From Bispira polyomma (lineage: Eukaryota): a DNA stretch of 64,000 bases. The translations under genes and the position numbers were made by a program. Where the stretch lies: positions 39,370,001-39,434,000 of the forward strand of contig OZ287751.1 of the NCBI GenBank assembly GCA_965649765.1. The letters are read 5' to 3'. The notes beneath the pieces are model-generated. The model saw only the letters and a program-made list of their open reading frames with translations. It was not told the origin of the DNA and searched no databases. This document shows positions 36,601-47,319 of the stretch, in pieces; the stretch's first letter is position 1, and every line of letters starts with the position of its first letter.

Positions 36601-39253
36601 TACCTTTGTTAAACGTGATACACACTTTAGATTCAATCAGGCCTTGTTTGTAATCAGATACAGGGTGACTAATTTTCTGTGTATTTCTGGACCTTATTTT
36701 TTCAATCTGATCTATATTACTCGAAGTAACCCGCCCTTTTTCTATCTCTTGCAGCACAGCTGCATGTGCCCTTTTAGCCGTATCAACGCCCAACTCTATT
36801 GCATCTTGTAGCAGACTGACATGATAAACTAACATTGTATCCCATAGTTTAACATCTGGGATGGGAGTCATTTCGTCATAGGTTGGTTGCTTACTACTAT
36901 GGACTACAGTACAGTAGTCCTGCGGCCAGGTAATTTGCGTCCGCACTTTGTGTACGCCCGCCCTATATCTACCCGATTTAAGTGAGGAAACATTTTTACC
37001 TTTAGACTCTAGTCTAGATGTACCCTCATAGTCTCGTAGTCTTCGATGCACCTCTGCCTGTACTTGAAGTCGCTTTTCAATGCCTCGAATGAAGGTAGTT
37101 TAACTGCAGTCATTTCCTTCTGTTCCTCAGCGGGGCGACTAGCAATCTTGAGAACTTTGTGCTGATGGGAGCGCCGATATCTAATTTAAACTAACTCTTT
37201 CTTCCTGCCGTTTTAACCGTTCTTCTTGGTTGGTAATTTGAGAACCCATACTTTTCACTACTAACAATATTTCGTTCATTTTTTGAGACATATATTTATT
37301 ATTTTCAGTTTTATCAGCATTTTCCACGTGGTCTCCCGCAGCCACTGCATCAATAATGTCATTCACACTTTTTTCTGTTGCTATTTTACTAACGTTTTTT
37401 CCACTTTTACCACCAGATATTACTTTTGGTGGCATATTTACTTTACATTTTTACAAGGGCTTTTGCTGGCTTGAAAACGGAATATTTTCTATAAAAACGT
37501 CAATCAGTTAAACTAAAATGGTTTCCTATATCAAGCCAACAGAAGTCCAGAAAATTCCTTGCAGTGCTCTGCCCTCTATACTCCACAACTGATTTGCAAA
37601 CCACGCGAGGGCCAGGTTTTATGCTGATATCATAACCAAGGGAAAGAAAAGGCCATGTGCTATTATAAACTGCTCAGGTCCCAGACTTTGGTGGGCCCAT
37701 TTCCCATAACCAGCATGTAATCTGCCAGCTGAGTTATTTTACTTGATCTGATTTTTTACTATAACCCTGGCCCTATAAAGAACTCTCTGTTTTGAAGGCC
37801 ATCTGTGGCATTTTATTTACTATTTATATACACTTCCCTTTTTAACTGAAAGGGTTATGCTACCTTTTTACGCATACCCTCAACACCAATGTAGATTTGA
37901 ATCCTGTTTGTTCTTTCATGTAAGAAAGGAACTTGCAGTAGGTCGGTGTTGTACAGTACTTCAGCCTCGGTTTCTTCTACCATTAAATCTGGCATTAAAA
38001 TATTGGCTGTAAAACCTGGTGATTTAGTTTAGTATGAGAAATATATATACTCTATATAGTATGTTATTCTGTCACTAAAATTTTTGCACATGTGTGTTGA
38101 ATGATAAATGTAACTTGTGAAGACAGATATTTGATATTTAATTATGACAGTTGGTGTTGTAGTGGCTCATAAGCTCATGGTTAGCTGTTATACGCTATGT
38201 CTTTTTGTTAATGTTACGTAAGTTTTATTATTCTGTTGATATTATATAACTTTGTACTGTTTGAACCATTACAGGTGGCACTCAAATGATAAATATCATT
38301 CCCTTCATATTCAGCCTACAGCATAGGCTTAAAGCTTACCTAGTCGAAAAGGCTTGTGACCTTTTCCTGCTCATTAAGCTGCAATATTACTGATTAGCTT
38401 TTGTATTTCATGTTTAGTGCATTAACTTAGTGCTACTGTTTCGAAGGTGTAAACATCTAAAGATTTGTTGTTAAATTGTTGTAAAATAGGTTTGCGACTG
38501 AATTGATTGGGCTGAGCTTGTGCCCCCCCCCCCCCCCCCCAAGAAAGGTTAATTTGAGGTTTGAATATAAAAAAAAACTGTCAAATATCAACTCTTTCAA
38601 ATAATCACATATAGTCACCATTAAGTTAGCTCATTGGGTAATCAAAATAGAATTTTCAATCAAAATTACCGATAATATCCCTTCTGGGTAAAGGTATCAT
38701 GCAATAATATGAATGGTCTACTATCGGTGTTCCCAGGGGAGACGAGATACACTAAACATTGCATCTTATTCCAAAATCCTAAATTGCGGTCAGCAACAGT
38801 AACCTTGAACTTTTTTGCTTCTCTAGTTTGTCAAAAAAAGTTTTTTTAAAAGGAGGATGCATTTAACAAAAGGCCTATAGCCCAGACTCAGCCTTACAAG
38901 TAATTCTGGATTTGGAGTAAAAGTCAAAATCAACCCTTAGTGTGTCATCATGGCATTACATACTGTATTCTCTTCTCTTTATTGAGAATTTAATTTTAAT
39001 ATATAAAATACAAAATCCCAGATAATATCAAAATGCTGAGATCAATTGATGAGAGTCCAATTTGAAGTATTAAACATGCAGTTTACACAGAGCTAAAGAT
39101 TAAGACAAACACAAATTACATACGCCTGTCCCAGATTGCCACACCATCAGAGATTACACATGCACAGTCTCCAGACAGGATCTGTCCTAGAATGCATGGT
39201 ATCGACGTCAGAGCCAGGAAGAGCAAACATAGTAAAATGTTGTGTCTATACAT
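29643..39253 (-). CDS. Secreted 6-Cys SH3b-like small protein, paralog B; exons 39124-39253, 30371-30492, 29643-29699 (102 aa); intron 1 contains the YR retrotransposon
   Basis: MYRHNILLCLLFLALTSIPCILG|QILSGDCACVISDGVAIWDRPCGTVTETLDLGACFEATGTVFSCSVDGSNNNYNSLIRDGLNIWVLHDFLVVRPEEFCV*. Exon sizes (130/122/57 nt) equal those of paralog A. Confidence 0.85.
30734..31062 (-). repeat. Split direct repeat B2 (matches B1)
   Basis: cagtccaaaggggaaacac...cccatggtgtcagct occurs twice. Confidence 0.95.
31194..31855 (-). repeat. Internal B1-A2 block (B1 31526-31855, A2 31194-31527), equivalent to the circle junction
   Basis: Junction ccctcaaCAgtccaaagggg joins the element's two outer ends. Confidence 0.95.
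31891..32680 (-). pseudogene. Tyrosine recombinase (frameshifted, with an internal deletion)
   Basis: AMRPRTRKAY, FFGFFRLASLLP (catalytic R), SKNMQ, FRRSGAS, HGNWRSEAIWTYL (catalytic Y). The segment between K and HxxR is missing. Confidence 0.9.
32769..36474 (-). pseudogene. Long ORF2: Asn/Ser-rich N-terminal extension, RT and RNase H (fragmented)
   Basis: RT motifs YIQFGFPL, RVIVDMSWP, KIDLQRAFRNL and MNYLDDYIG (about 33680-33655). RNase H motifs YVDAS, WCDN and HIPGVENKYADILSRW. No methyltransferase domain follows. Confidence 0.85.
36437..37435 (-). pseudogene. gag-like ORF1 of the YR retrotransposon (frameshifted)
   Basis: ORFs 37181..37435 and 36437..37051; LKSGRYR..WPQ motif and a C-terminal Cys/His cluster (CITFNKGSC..H..HYCSYC..H..C). 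Confidence 0.8.
37550..37885 (-). repeat. Split direct repeat A1 (matches A2 at 31194-31527)
   Basis: Near-identical ~335-bp sequences gaaaattccttgcagtgctct...cgcataccctcaaca. Confidence 0.95.
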
Positions 39254-39305
39254 GCTGTACGGGTGGTTGTACGGTTGTAGTGGATGACTGGACGGTGTAT
39301 AAAAA

Positions 39306-39354
<49 letters not shown>

Positions 39355-40124
39355 TGTAGTGACTTGGTGGGAAAACCACAACTGTTTACTAATGCCATGG
39401 GCCATAGCCTATGATAAAAAGTGAACTTTAACTTAATGGTTAGTTGACATTGATGGAGCATTTGATTGTGTTGTGTAAATTCAGAGTGACATGAAAGTCT
39501 TCATTATTAGCACTTTTCAAATGGTATATACCAATATATTACACATCGAATCCCATGACTCTCATGAAAACTGGTATATTTTTGTTGTTATTTCAAGATA
39601 AGTATTTAATAAAACTTTTATTTTGCTATTTCCAGGGGAAAACAAACCTTATTCAAATGTTGACTTTAGGCTTGAGATCAATTTTTTTAGACACGGTTAT
39701 CATTAGTAAATTAGTTAGATAAAATAAAACAGCTGGGGGATAATATTTGCAGAAAGTAGAAATTATGTGTAACTGATGTTTGTGCTAATTAGATGTTGAA
39801 GGTTTACATGTTTTCTGGAAATGAGTCAATTTACAAGTCATACAAGAAGGATATATAGTGTGATATGGCTTAATTTTTTAGCCAGGTCTTATTAGAAGTG
39901 ACTCAGAAATCTGGCCACTATTTCATAAAGCCATTCTAAATACTTATTAGGCTATACTAGCTGTTTATAGTATCCTATTAAATAGTACATGCAAGTGGGT
40001 TACAGGCTTCAGCTCCAGAAAGAATTAATCAGCAAGTCTCAAGCTAGTCTCCATATTTACATATCTAATTTAAAAAAAAAATTGTTAAGGAATTGCCATT
40101 TTTTTAAACTTTTGCTACTGTGGT

Positions 40125-40260
40125 TCGTCACATTCAATGTCATAATGTACATGTTAATGTTGTCACATTCAATGTCATAATTTACGTGTTAATGTTGTCG
40201 CAATGTCAGAATTTACATGTTAATGTTTTCACATTCAATGTCAGAATTTACGTGTTAATG
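40125..40260. repeat. ~35-bp minisatellite
   Basis: cacattcaatgtcataatttacgtgttaatgttgt, about 4 copies. Confidence 0.8.
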
Positions 40261-40832
40261 GCGCCTGTGTATTTCACGTCATAGTTAACATCAAAATTTA
40301 TGTTGTACATTATGATAGGTTATACCTAGGTTTTATTTACATGAATGGCCACTATTAATCAATCACAGATTGGTTGGAAAGGTTAGGCACGCTGTTGGAT
40401 ACTTATTATGTGCACCGGGTACATATGGTCGACAGGATTTGGTACCGGTCACGCCACCACAAAGATTTCCTTTGGGACACAATAACTCAAATTTATTGTA
40501 GCTGGAGCTTTCAAATGGGTATGATGGTTGATATAGGCAAGGACTCAGGGCCTATCTATTTGTCACATTGAACATCAATTTTAAGGTCAATGGCGGGCAT
40601 TTAAAGGTCAAATTTGGCACTTTTCATCCAATTTTGGCCTGGTTCTCCCACAAAAAATTGGTTCGATCAACTTGTGGTTACTGTGTATGTTACATAATAT
40701 ACTTTTATTTCACGAACCTTCTATTATCTAAACAAATTCTCACTCTCCCAAGAAGTCCGTAAAATAGAGGTTCTACTGTATATATATATATATATATACT
40801 CCTGGATTCATCATTAGGTAGACAGTTCGTTG

Positions 40833-40916
<84 letters not shown>

Positions 40917-41889
40917 TCCTGGATTCATCATTAGGTAGACAGTTCGTTGTAAATACACCACCTTAAGTAGACATTTGCATTAGGTAGACATTTTCGGTGT
41001 CTACTTAATGTTTGGGCTTCTAAAAAAATATTTTTGGATCAATTTAAATCAATATTAGCAATGGTTTCCTGTTCTTGATTACCCATATTTTCAATAAAAA
41101 TATTCAGTATTTTTATTTTTTATGTAATAAAGTGACAATGAACATGTAAAGTTTTGAAGCTTATATATTCCTTAAGTAGACAGTGTGTAAAAAACTCACT
41201 TAAGTAGACAGAAATCAAACTTTAAATTATGCAAAAATTAATAGGGTATATTTAAATTATATTTATACAGTGTTCGAAAGGAATTTTTAAGGAATCATTT
41301 TATTGATATTATAAATTTTTATCTCCGAAAATAAGGAAAAAAGAGACATATACTTTTTTCATCCTACATATACACTTAGGGTATGACTTTCTGTACGAGT
41401 ACATTGTATATTGTGTACTCATACAATGCCTTGAGATTTTTTTTAATGCATGAATGTTACTGTCTTTTATTGTGCCGAAGCACTGTTGATCTCTTTTAGC
41501 TAATTTTTATATATAAAGTAAATTAATGTGACAGTTACAAATAATGAAATGTAAGACAGCACATAATTGAATATTCCAATAATTTTACATGTGAGTCAGA
41601 ACATTGAAAAAGTTAGCGCTTCCAGTGTATTTTCTTAATTATATGTAAAGGCCCCAAATGTGATTACAGTTTACAAAATTAAGTTATTGCATCAATTTAC
41701 AGAGTCATAAGAAATAATTGTACTTCAAAAATAATGTTTTTCCTATAGTCCCTGAACACCTACTGAGGAGGCTTTTTTCAAGATGAACAGCATCAAGATT
41801 TTTTTTCAAAACCAGGTTCAGTAACGAAACAATAAGATAATACATAACACATTCAGCCCCAAGGCTGTTTAGATCTATTGACAATACAT

Positions 41890-44655
41890 TAGCTATGATC
41901 TAGTACAGTGATGAGACCCAACTAGCCCCATTACCTAGTTAGCTAATGATCTATTACAGTGATAAGACCCAACCAGTCACACTACTAAGTTAGCCCTAGG
42001 ATCTAGTACAGTGATGAGACTTAACCAGCCCTACTACCCAGTTAGCCAATGATCTAGTACAGTGGTGAGACTCAACCAGCCGAAATACCCAGTGATACCC
42101 ATAATCTTGTACATTGATAATACTAACCAGCCGCGCTACCCCTTTAGCCCCATGTTCTAGTACAGTGATCAGAACTAACCACCCCCACTACCCAGTTAGC
42201 CCTATGTTATAGTACAGTGATGAGACCTAACCACCCCCACTACCCAGTGAACCCCATGATCTAGTACATGTATAATTAAGAGAACCTAACTAGCCCCACT
42301 ACCCAGTGAGCCCCATGATTTAGCACATGTATAATGAAGAGAACCTAACAAGCCACACTACCCAGTTAGCCCCATGATCTAGTATAAGAAAGATACCTAA
42401 CCAGCCCCAACACCCAGTGATCCCCATGATCAGGTACAGTGATGAGAGCTAACCAGCTTGACTACCCAGTTAGCCCATGATCTAGTACAGTGATGAGACC
42501 CAACAAGTCCCACTACCCAGTGAGCTCTATGGTCTAGTACAGTGAAGAGACCTAACCAGCCCCACTACCCAGTGAGCCCCATAATCTAATACAGTGAATA
42601 GACCTAACAAGCCCTACTACCCAGTAAGCCTGATAATCTAGTAAAGTGATGAGACCTAATAAGCCCCAATATCCAGTTAGCCCCATGATCTAGTAGAGTG
42701 ATGAGATTTAACGAGACACACTACCCCATGATCTAGTATAAGAAAGATACCTAACCAGCCCCAACACCGAGTGATTCCCATGATCAGGTACAGTGATGAG
42801 ACCTAACCAGCTTGACTACCCAGTTAGCCCATGATCTAGTACAGTCATGAGACCTAACGAGTCCCACTACCCAGTGAGCCCTATGGTCTAGTACAGTGAA
42901 TAGACCTAACAAGCCCCACTATCCAGTCAGCCCTATGTTCCAGTACAGTGAATAGACCTAACCAGCCCCACTACCCAGTAAGCCCCATGATCTAGTACAG
43001 TGATGAGACCTAATAAGCCCCAATACCCAGTTAGCCCCATGATCTAGTAGAGTGATGAGATTTAACGAGACACACTACCCAGTTAGCCTAATAATCTAGT
43101 GTACAGTGATGAGACCTAACTAGCCCCACTACCCAGTTAGCCCCATGATCTAGTACAGTGATTAGATATAAACAGTAACACTATCAAGTTAGCCATCAAC
43201 ATTACCCAGTGAGCCCTATGATGAAGTAGAGTTGTGAGACTCAACCATTTCCACTACCAAGAGATCTAGTACTCGTAAAGATACCTAACAAGCCCGACTT
43301 AACCCAGTTAGCCCAATAATCTAGTACAGTGAAGAAATCCAACAAGCCCCACTACCCAGTTAGTCTTATAATCTAGTAAAGTGAAAAAACCTAACAAGCC
43401 CTACTACCCAGTTAGCCCCATGATCTAGTACAGGGAAGAGACCCAATCAGCTCCATTGCCAATTTAGCCTCACAATATAGTAAATAGATGAGTTATTACC
43501 AAGCCCCATTACCAAGTAAGTCCCATAGTCTTGTAAACTGATGAGACCTGAGCAGCCCCCGCTACCCAGTTAGCCCCATCTTCCAGTAGAGTGATCAGAT
43601 CTAACCAGCCCCACTACCTAGTGAGCCCCATGATCTAGTACAGGAAAGATACCCAAATAGCCCCATTATGAGTTAGCCCCATTTTCTAGTACAGTGATGC
43701 TACCCAACCAGTCCTATCATATAGTACAGTAATAAGAAATCACCCCCACTATCCATTTTGCCCTGTGTTATAGTACAGTGAAGAGACCTTGGCAGCTCTA
43801 CTAATCATTTTCCCCATAATCTAGTACAGGAAAGAGATCCAACAAGCTCCCCTACCCAGTGAGCCCCATAATCCAGTACAGTGAATAGACCTAACAAGCC
43901 CCACTACCCAGTGAGCCCTATGATCTAGTACAGTGATGAGACCAAACAAGCCCCACTATCGATTGAGCCCAATGATCTAGTACATTGCTAAAACCTAACC
44001 AGCCCCACTACCCAGTTAGCCCCATGATCTAGTGCACGGAAGAGATCTAACCAGCCCCACTGCCCAGTTAGCTTATAATCTAGTAGAGTCACAAGATCTA
44101 ACAAGCCCTACTACCCAGTTAGCCCCGTGATCTAGTACAGGGAAGAGACCCAATCAGCACCATTACCAATTTAGCTTCATAATATAGTACATACATAAGC
44201 TCTAACCAACCATATTACCAAGTAAGTCTCATAGTCTTCTACACTGCTGCGACCTGAGCATCCACGCTACCCAGTTAACCCCATGTTCTAGTACAGGGAT
44301 TAGACCTAACCAGCCCCACTAACCAATCAGCCCCATTACGAGTTAGCTTCATGTTCTAGTATAGTGATGAGACCTAACCAGTCCTATCATCTAGTACAGT
44401 GATCGGAAATAACCACCCCCACTATCTATTTTTACCTATGTTCTAGTACAATGAAGACCTAACCAGCTCTACTACTCAGTTTCCCCATAATCTAGTATAG
44501 GAAATAGATCCAACAAGTCCCACTACCCAGTTAGTCCCATAGTCTAGTACAGTGATAAAACCTAACCAGCCCCATTATCAAGTAAATGCCATAGTCTAAT
44601 ACAGTGATGAAACAGTCAAACAGCCCTACGATCTAGTATGATGAAGAGACCCAAC
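41890..44655. repeat. 52-bp satellite (about 50 copies), consensus atgatctagtacagtgatgagacctaaccagccccactacccagttagcccc
   Basis: Period read directly (42481->42533). Confidence 0.95.
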
Positions 44656-44799
44656 ATATGAAATTCCTTTTAGGCCCTTTTGATCACCTCATTGTAAAAT
44701 TGTCTTTGAGGACATTGATTTTGATACAATTCTTAAATTATGGGTACATTTGCTTACTATAAAACAAAATTTATGATAATCTATAAGATACAGGTATTA

Positions 44800-44917
44800 C
44801 AGTTAAACCCCTTTAAGTCGACTCTCAAGGGATCAGAAGAAATACTTCTACTTAAGCAGGATTTCCACATAACAGAGAAAATGACTTAACAGAGTTCTAC
44901 TTAAGGGGGTGTGACTG
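44800..44917. mobile_element. Small Tc1/mariner-type (pogo-like) MITE
   Basis: TA|cagttaaacccctttaagtcgactct and agagttctacttaagggggtgtgactg|TA. Confidence 0.7.
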
Positions 44918-47319
44918 TACATAGTTCTATGAGGACCACTATATCTCATTTTGTCCTTTACTAGCAGTATTTTTTAATGAAATGACTTCATCTTTTGCAG
45001 TTGAATGCAATGGTTGATTCAACTATTACTATTTTCATGTGTAGTGTGTATCAACAGAGTAAATAGATGAATGCAGGTTTAAACAAAATTATTATTTAGG
45101 TTTTAGGCAGTCATTTCACTGCACTAATTGAAACTAGAAATTAGTAAGACAAAAAAAAAACTCATAAGGCATTTACAAAATAATATACTAAATGAAGTAT
45201 TATTAAGTTTTTCTAGTAATAAAATAAAGAAAATGGAATAAATACATTCATATAGGGAGTGAGAGAGCATACAGGGAACTCAGACCATTAGATAAGGGTT
45301 AATTACATCACAGCATGTGTTAAACAAGCATAAAACTGTGTTCACACTGTAAGGAAGATATGTGTTGATGTTTTGATGGGGGGAAAAAGATAACTTAACA
45401 TTTTTAGTCGTCAAATTTCACATAATAGTTCCAACATGGTGTGAGATGAAGGTTGTATTATAGTTGGTAGAACCTACACTAATAAATTCCATTTGGCACA
45501 GTATATCTTGTTTTCCTTAATAGATACTAACTTAAAATAAAATAGGACTGTTATACATGGGTTCCCATTATACATAGTCTTGTGTGAATAGAATTGAGTC
45601 AATGACCAAATTGTAACATTTTAGGTCCTGAAGTCCAAACAAATTAAGTGCAGTGTTATATGAATTTTTTTTTGTAATTTATGCTTTTGTAATTTTTATC
45701 TTCTTTTAGAGTTTTTTTTCCATATTTTTTATTTACATTATATACAAGTACAATACAGTAACAAAACACATACACAATCACACATACACAATCACATTAC
45801 AAAAAAAAATAAAAAGTTAAAGAGTTAATAATTTGAAACACACTAAAACTATATGGAAGACCAGTGTATGATTAAAGCCATGTCGATATCTAAGTATTCT
45901 CATTTCTAGATCAGAAACTCCTTAAATAATTTTGTGGTACATATACTTGGTCAGGTGACATCTTATTTAGGAGGACCATGGTACAGTATTATATGTTTTA
46001 TTTTAAATACCTGAAATGAAAACTGTAGCCTAGACCCTTTAATGATTAAATCCAAATTATTATCCAAATATTTACATGTTTAGACATGGAGGCTCTAATT
46101 TGACAGTTAATTCACAGCACAGTGTTATTTAAATTCTTGTTAGGGTGGAAACACTTCTAATAGAAGAAAACAATTAGGTTAAACTTTGTAAATAAAAACA
46201 AGTTTATATCCAAATATTAACATTATTTAGGCACAGAGCTCCTGAATTTACAGTTAATTTGAATGCACAATGTAAATTGAGCTTTTTATTTTTGCTAATA
46301 AGACTAATAATTTGTAGTTTCATTAAGGGGAACTAAATTCAAATATTTGAAAACAAAACTCTATCGCCTTTTATGATTATAACCAAATTTTTATACAAAT
46401 GTTTCTTATATCATCAATCGAGAGTTAATTTCATAAAATAAGAATGTCAGATGACCAATGATTAAATATTTCATCGTCTCCTTTAGATATACTGATTTCA
46501 AATAGAACAGAACTATTATCTGAAACTTATTGTGATTAAAACAAAGTTTATACTCATATATTACATTTTTAGGTTACCTGTGCTATATTTACAGTAAACA
46601 TTTTATGTTGTATTGATGCACTTGCAGTGAGTTTGTGTAAAACCTAAATAAAGAGGAGGATATACATTTAGACACACAGAATACACACAGGGAACTCAGT
46701 GGATGAGATAATTACTAATTACATCACAGCATGTGCCAAAGAAGCATAACTGTGTTTACACTGTGTAATGCAGAAAAGGGTTTCTGTTTATGGCATGTGC
46801 CAGAATTGGGGTAATAGGTTGGGGTAATTAGTCTTGCACAAGGCTTGCATCAGGTTTCATGTGAAAATAGGCAATTTAATACTAAAAAAATAGTGACAAT
46901 CAATCCATTACACCAAATTAATATCAAGCTATTTTAATATTTTCAATGGACAAGTTTTTTTACTTACAATAATCTTGTGTTGTATTAAACTGCTTAAAGT
47001 TTTAAATGAGTGACAAAGTTACAAAAGTTGAAAGCCATGAAGAAGGCTACTATAGTACTTACTTGTATGTATTTTGTTAGAGTCCTCAGATAACTATTAC
47101 AGAAAAAATAAAGTATGTATCAGATAAACCACTGAGCTGACATCTTGGCCTTTTCTTTAATTTTTTACAAAATATATTTGACACAGAAACAAAAACAGTG
47201 TATAGTCTACTGGTTTCTTTAGTGTCCACCTCATGAAATGTTTTAAAATTTACTACACATTAAAGAGCCAAGATCTAAAATGTTGTAATTTGCCTAATAT
47301 TTTGTTATCAATCAGAAAA

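Larger units (their letters stand above)
30734..37885 (-). mobile_element. Tyrosine-recombinase (DIRS-order, Ngaro/PAT-type) retrotransposon, structurally complete but degenerate
   Basis: Order gag - RT/RNaseH - YR. Split direct repeats A1-[ORFs]-B1-A2-spacer-B2. No conventional TSD, only a shared CA core at both ends. The empty site is visible in paralog A. Confidence 0.93.
24230..39995. repeat. Tandem duplication of the SH3b-like gene unit (about 24230-28960 versus 29330-39995 excluding insertions)
   Basis: Colinear similarity of 3' flank, introns and upstream region, e.g. 24246 vs 29344, 26670 vs 38313, 28935 vs 39979. Confidence 0.9.

Noticed and set aside
39136-40961. ORFs with (IY)n runs
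   Set aside because: Translations of (TA)n microsatellites; only the MYRHN... part of 39116..39379 is a real exon.
41890-44655. Hammerhead ribozyme or retrozyme array (units contain gTGATGAgacc)
   Set aside because: The core is usually GTGATGA rather than CTGATGA, and there is no GAAA or closing helix II in the unit.
45270-45350. C/D-box snoRNA on the minus strand (gtgatgt...ctga)
   Set aside because: Imperfect C box, only about 20 nt between the boxes, and no terminal stem.
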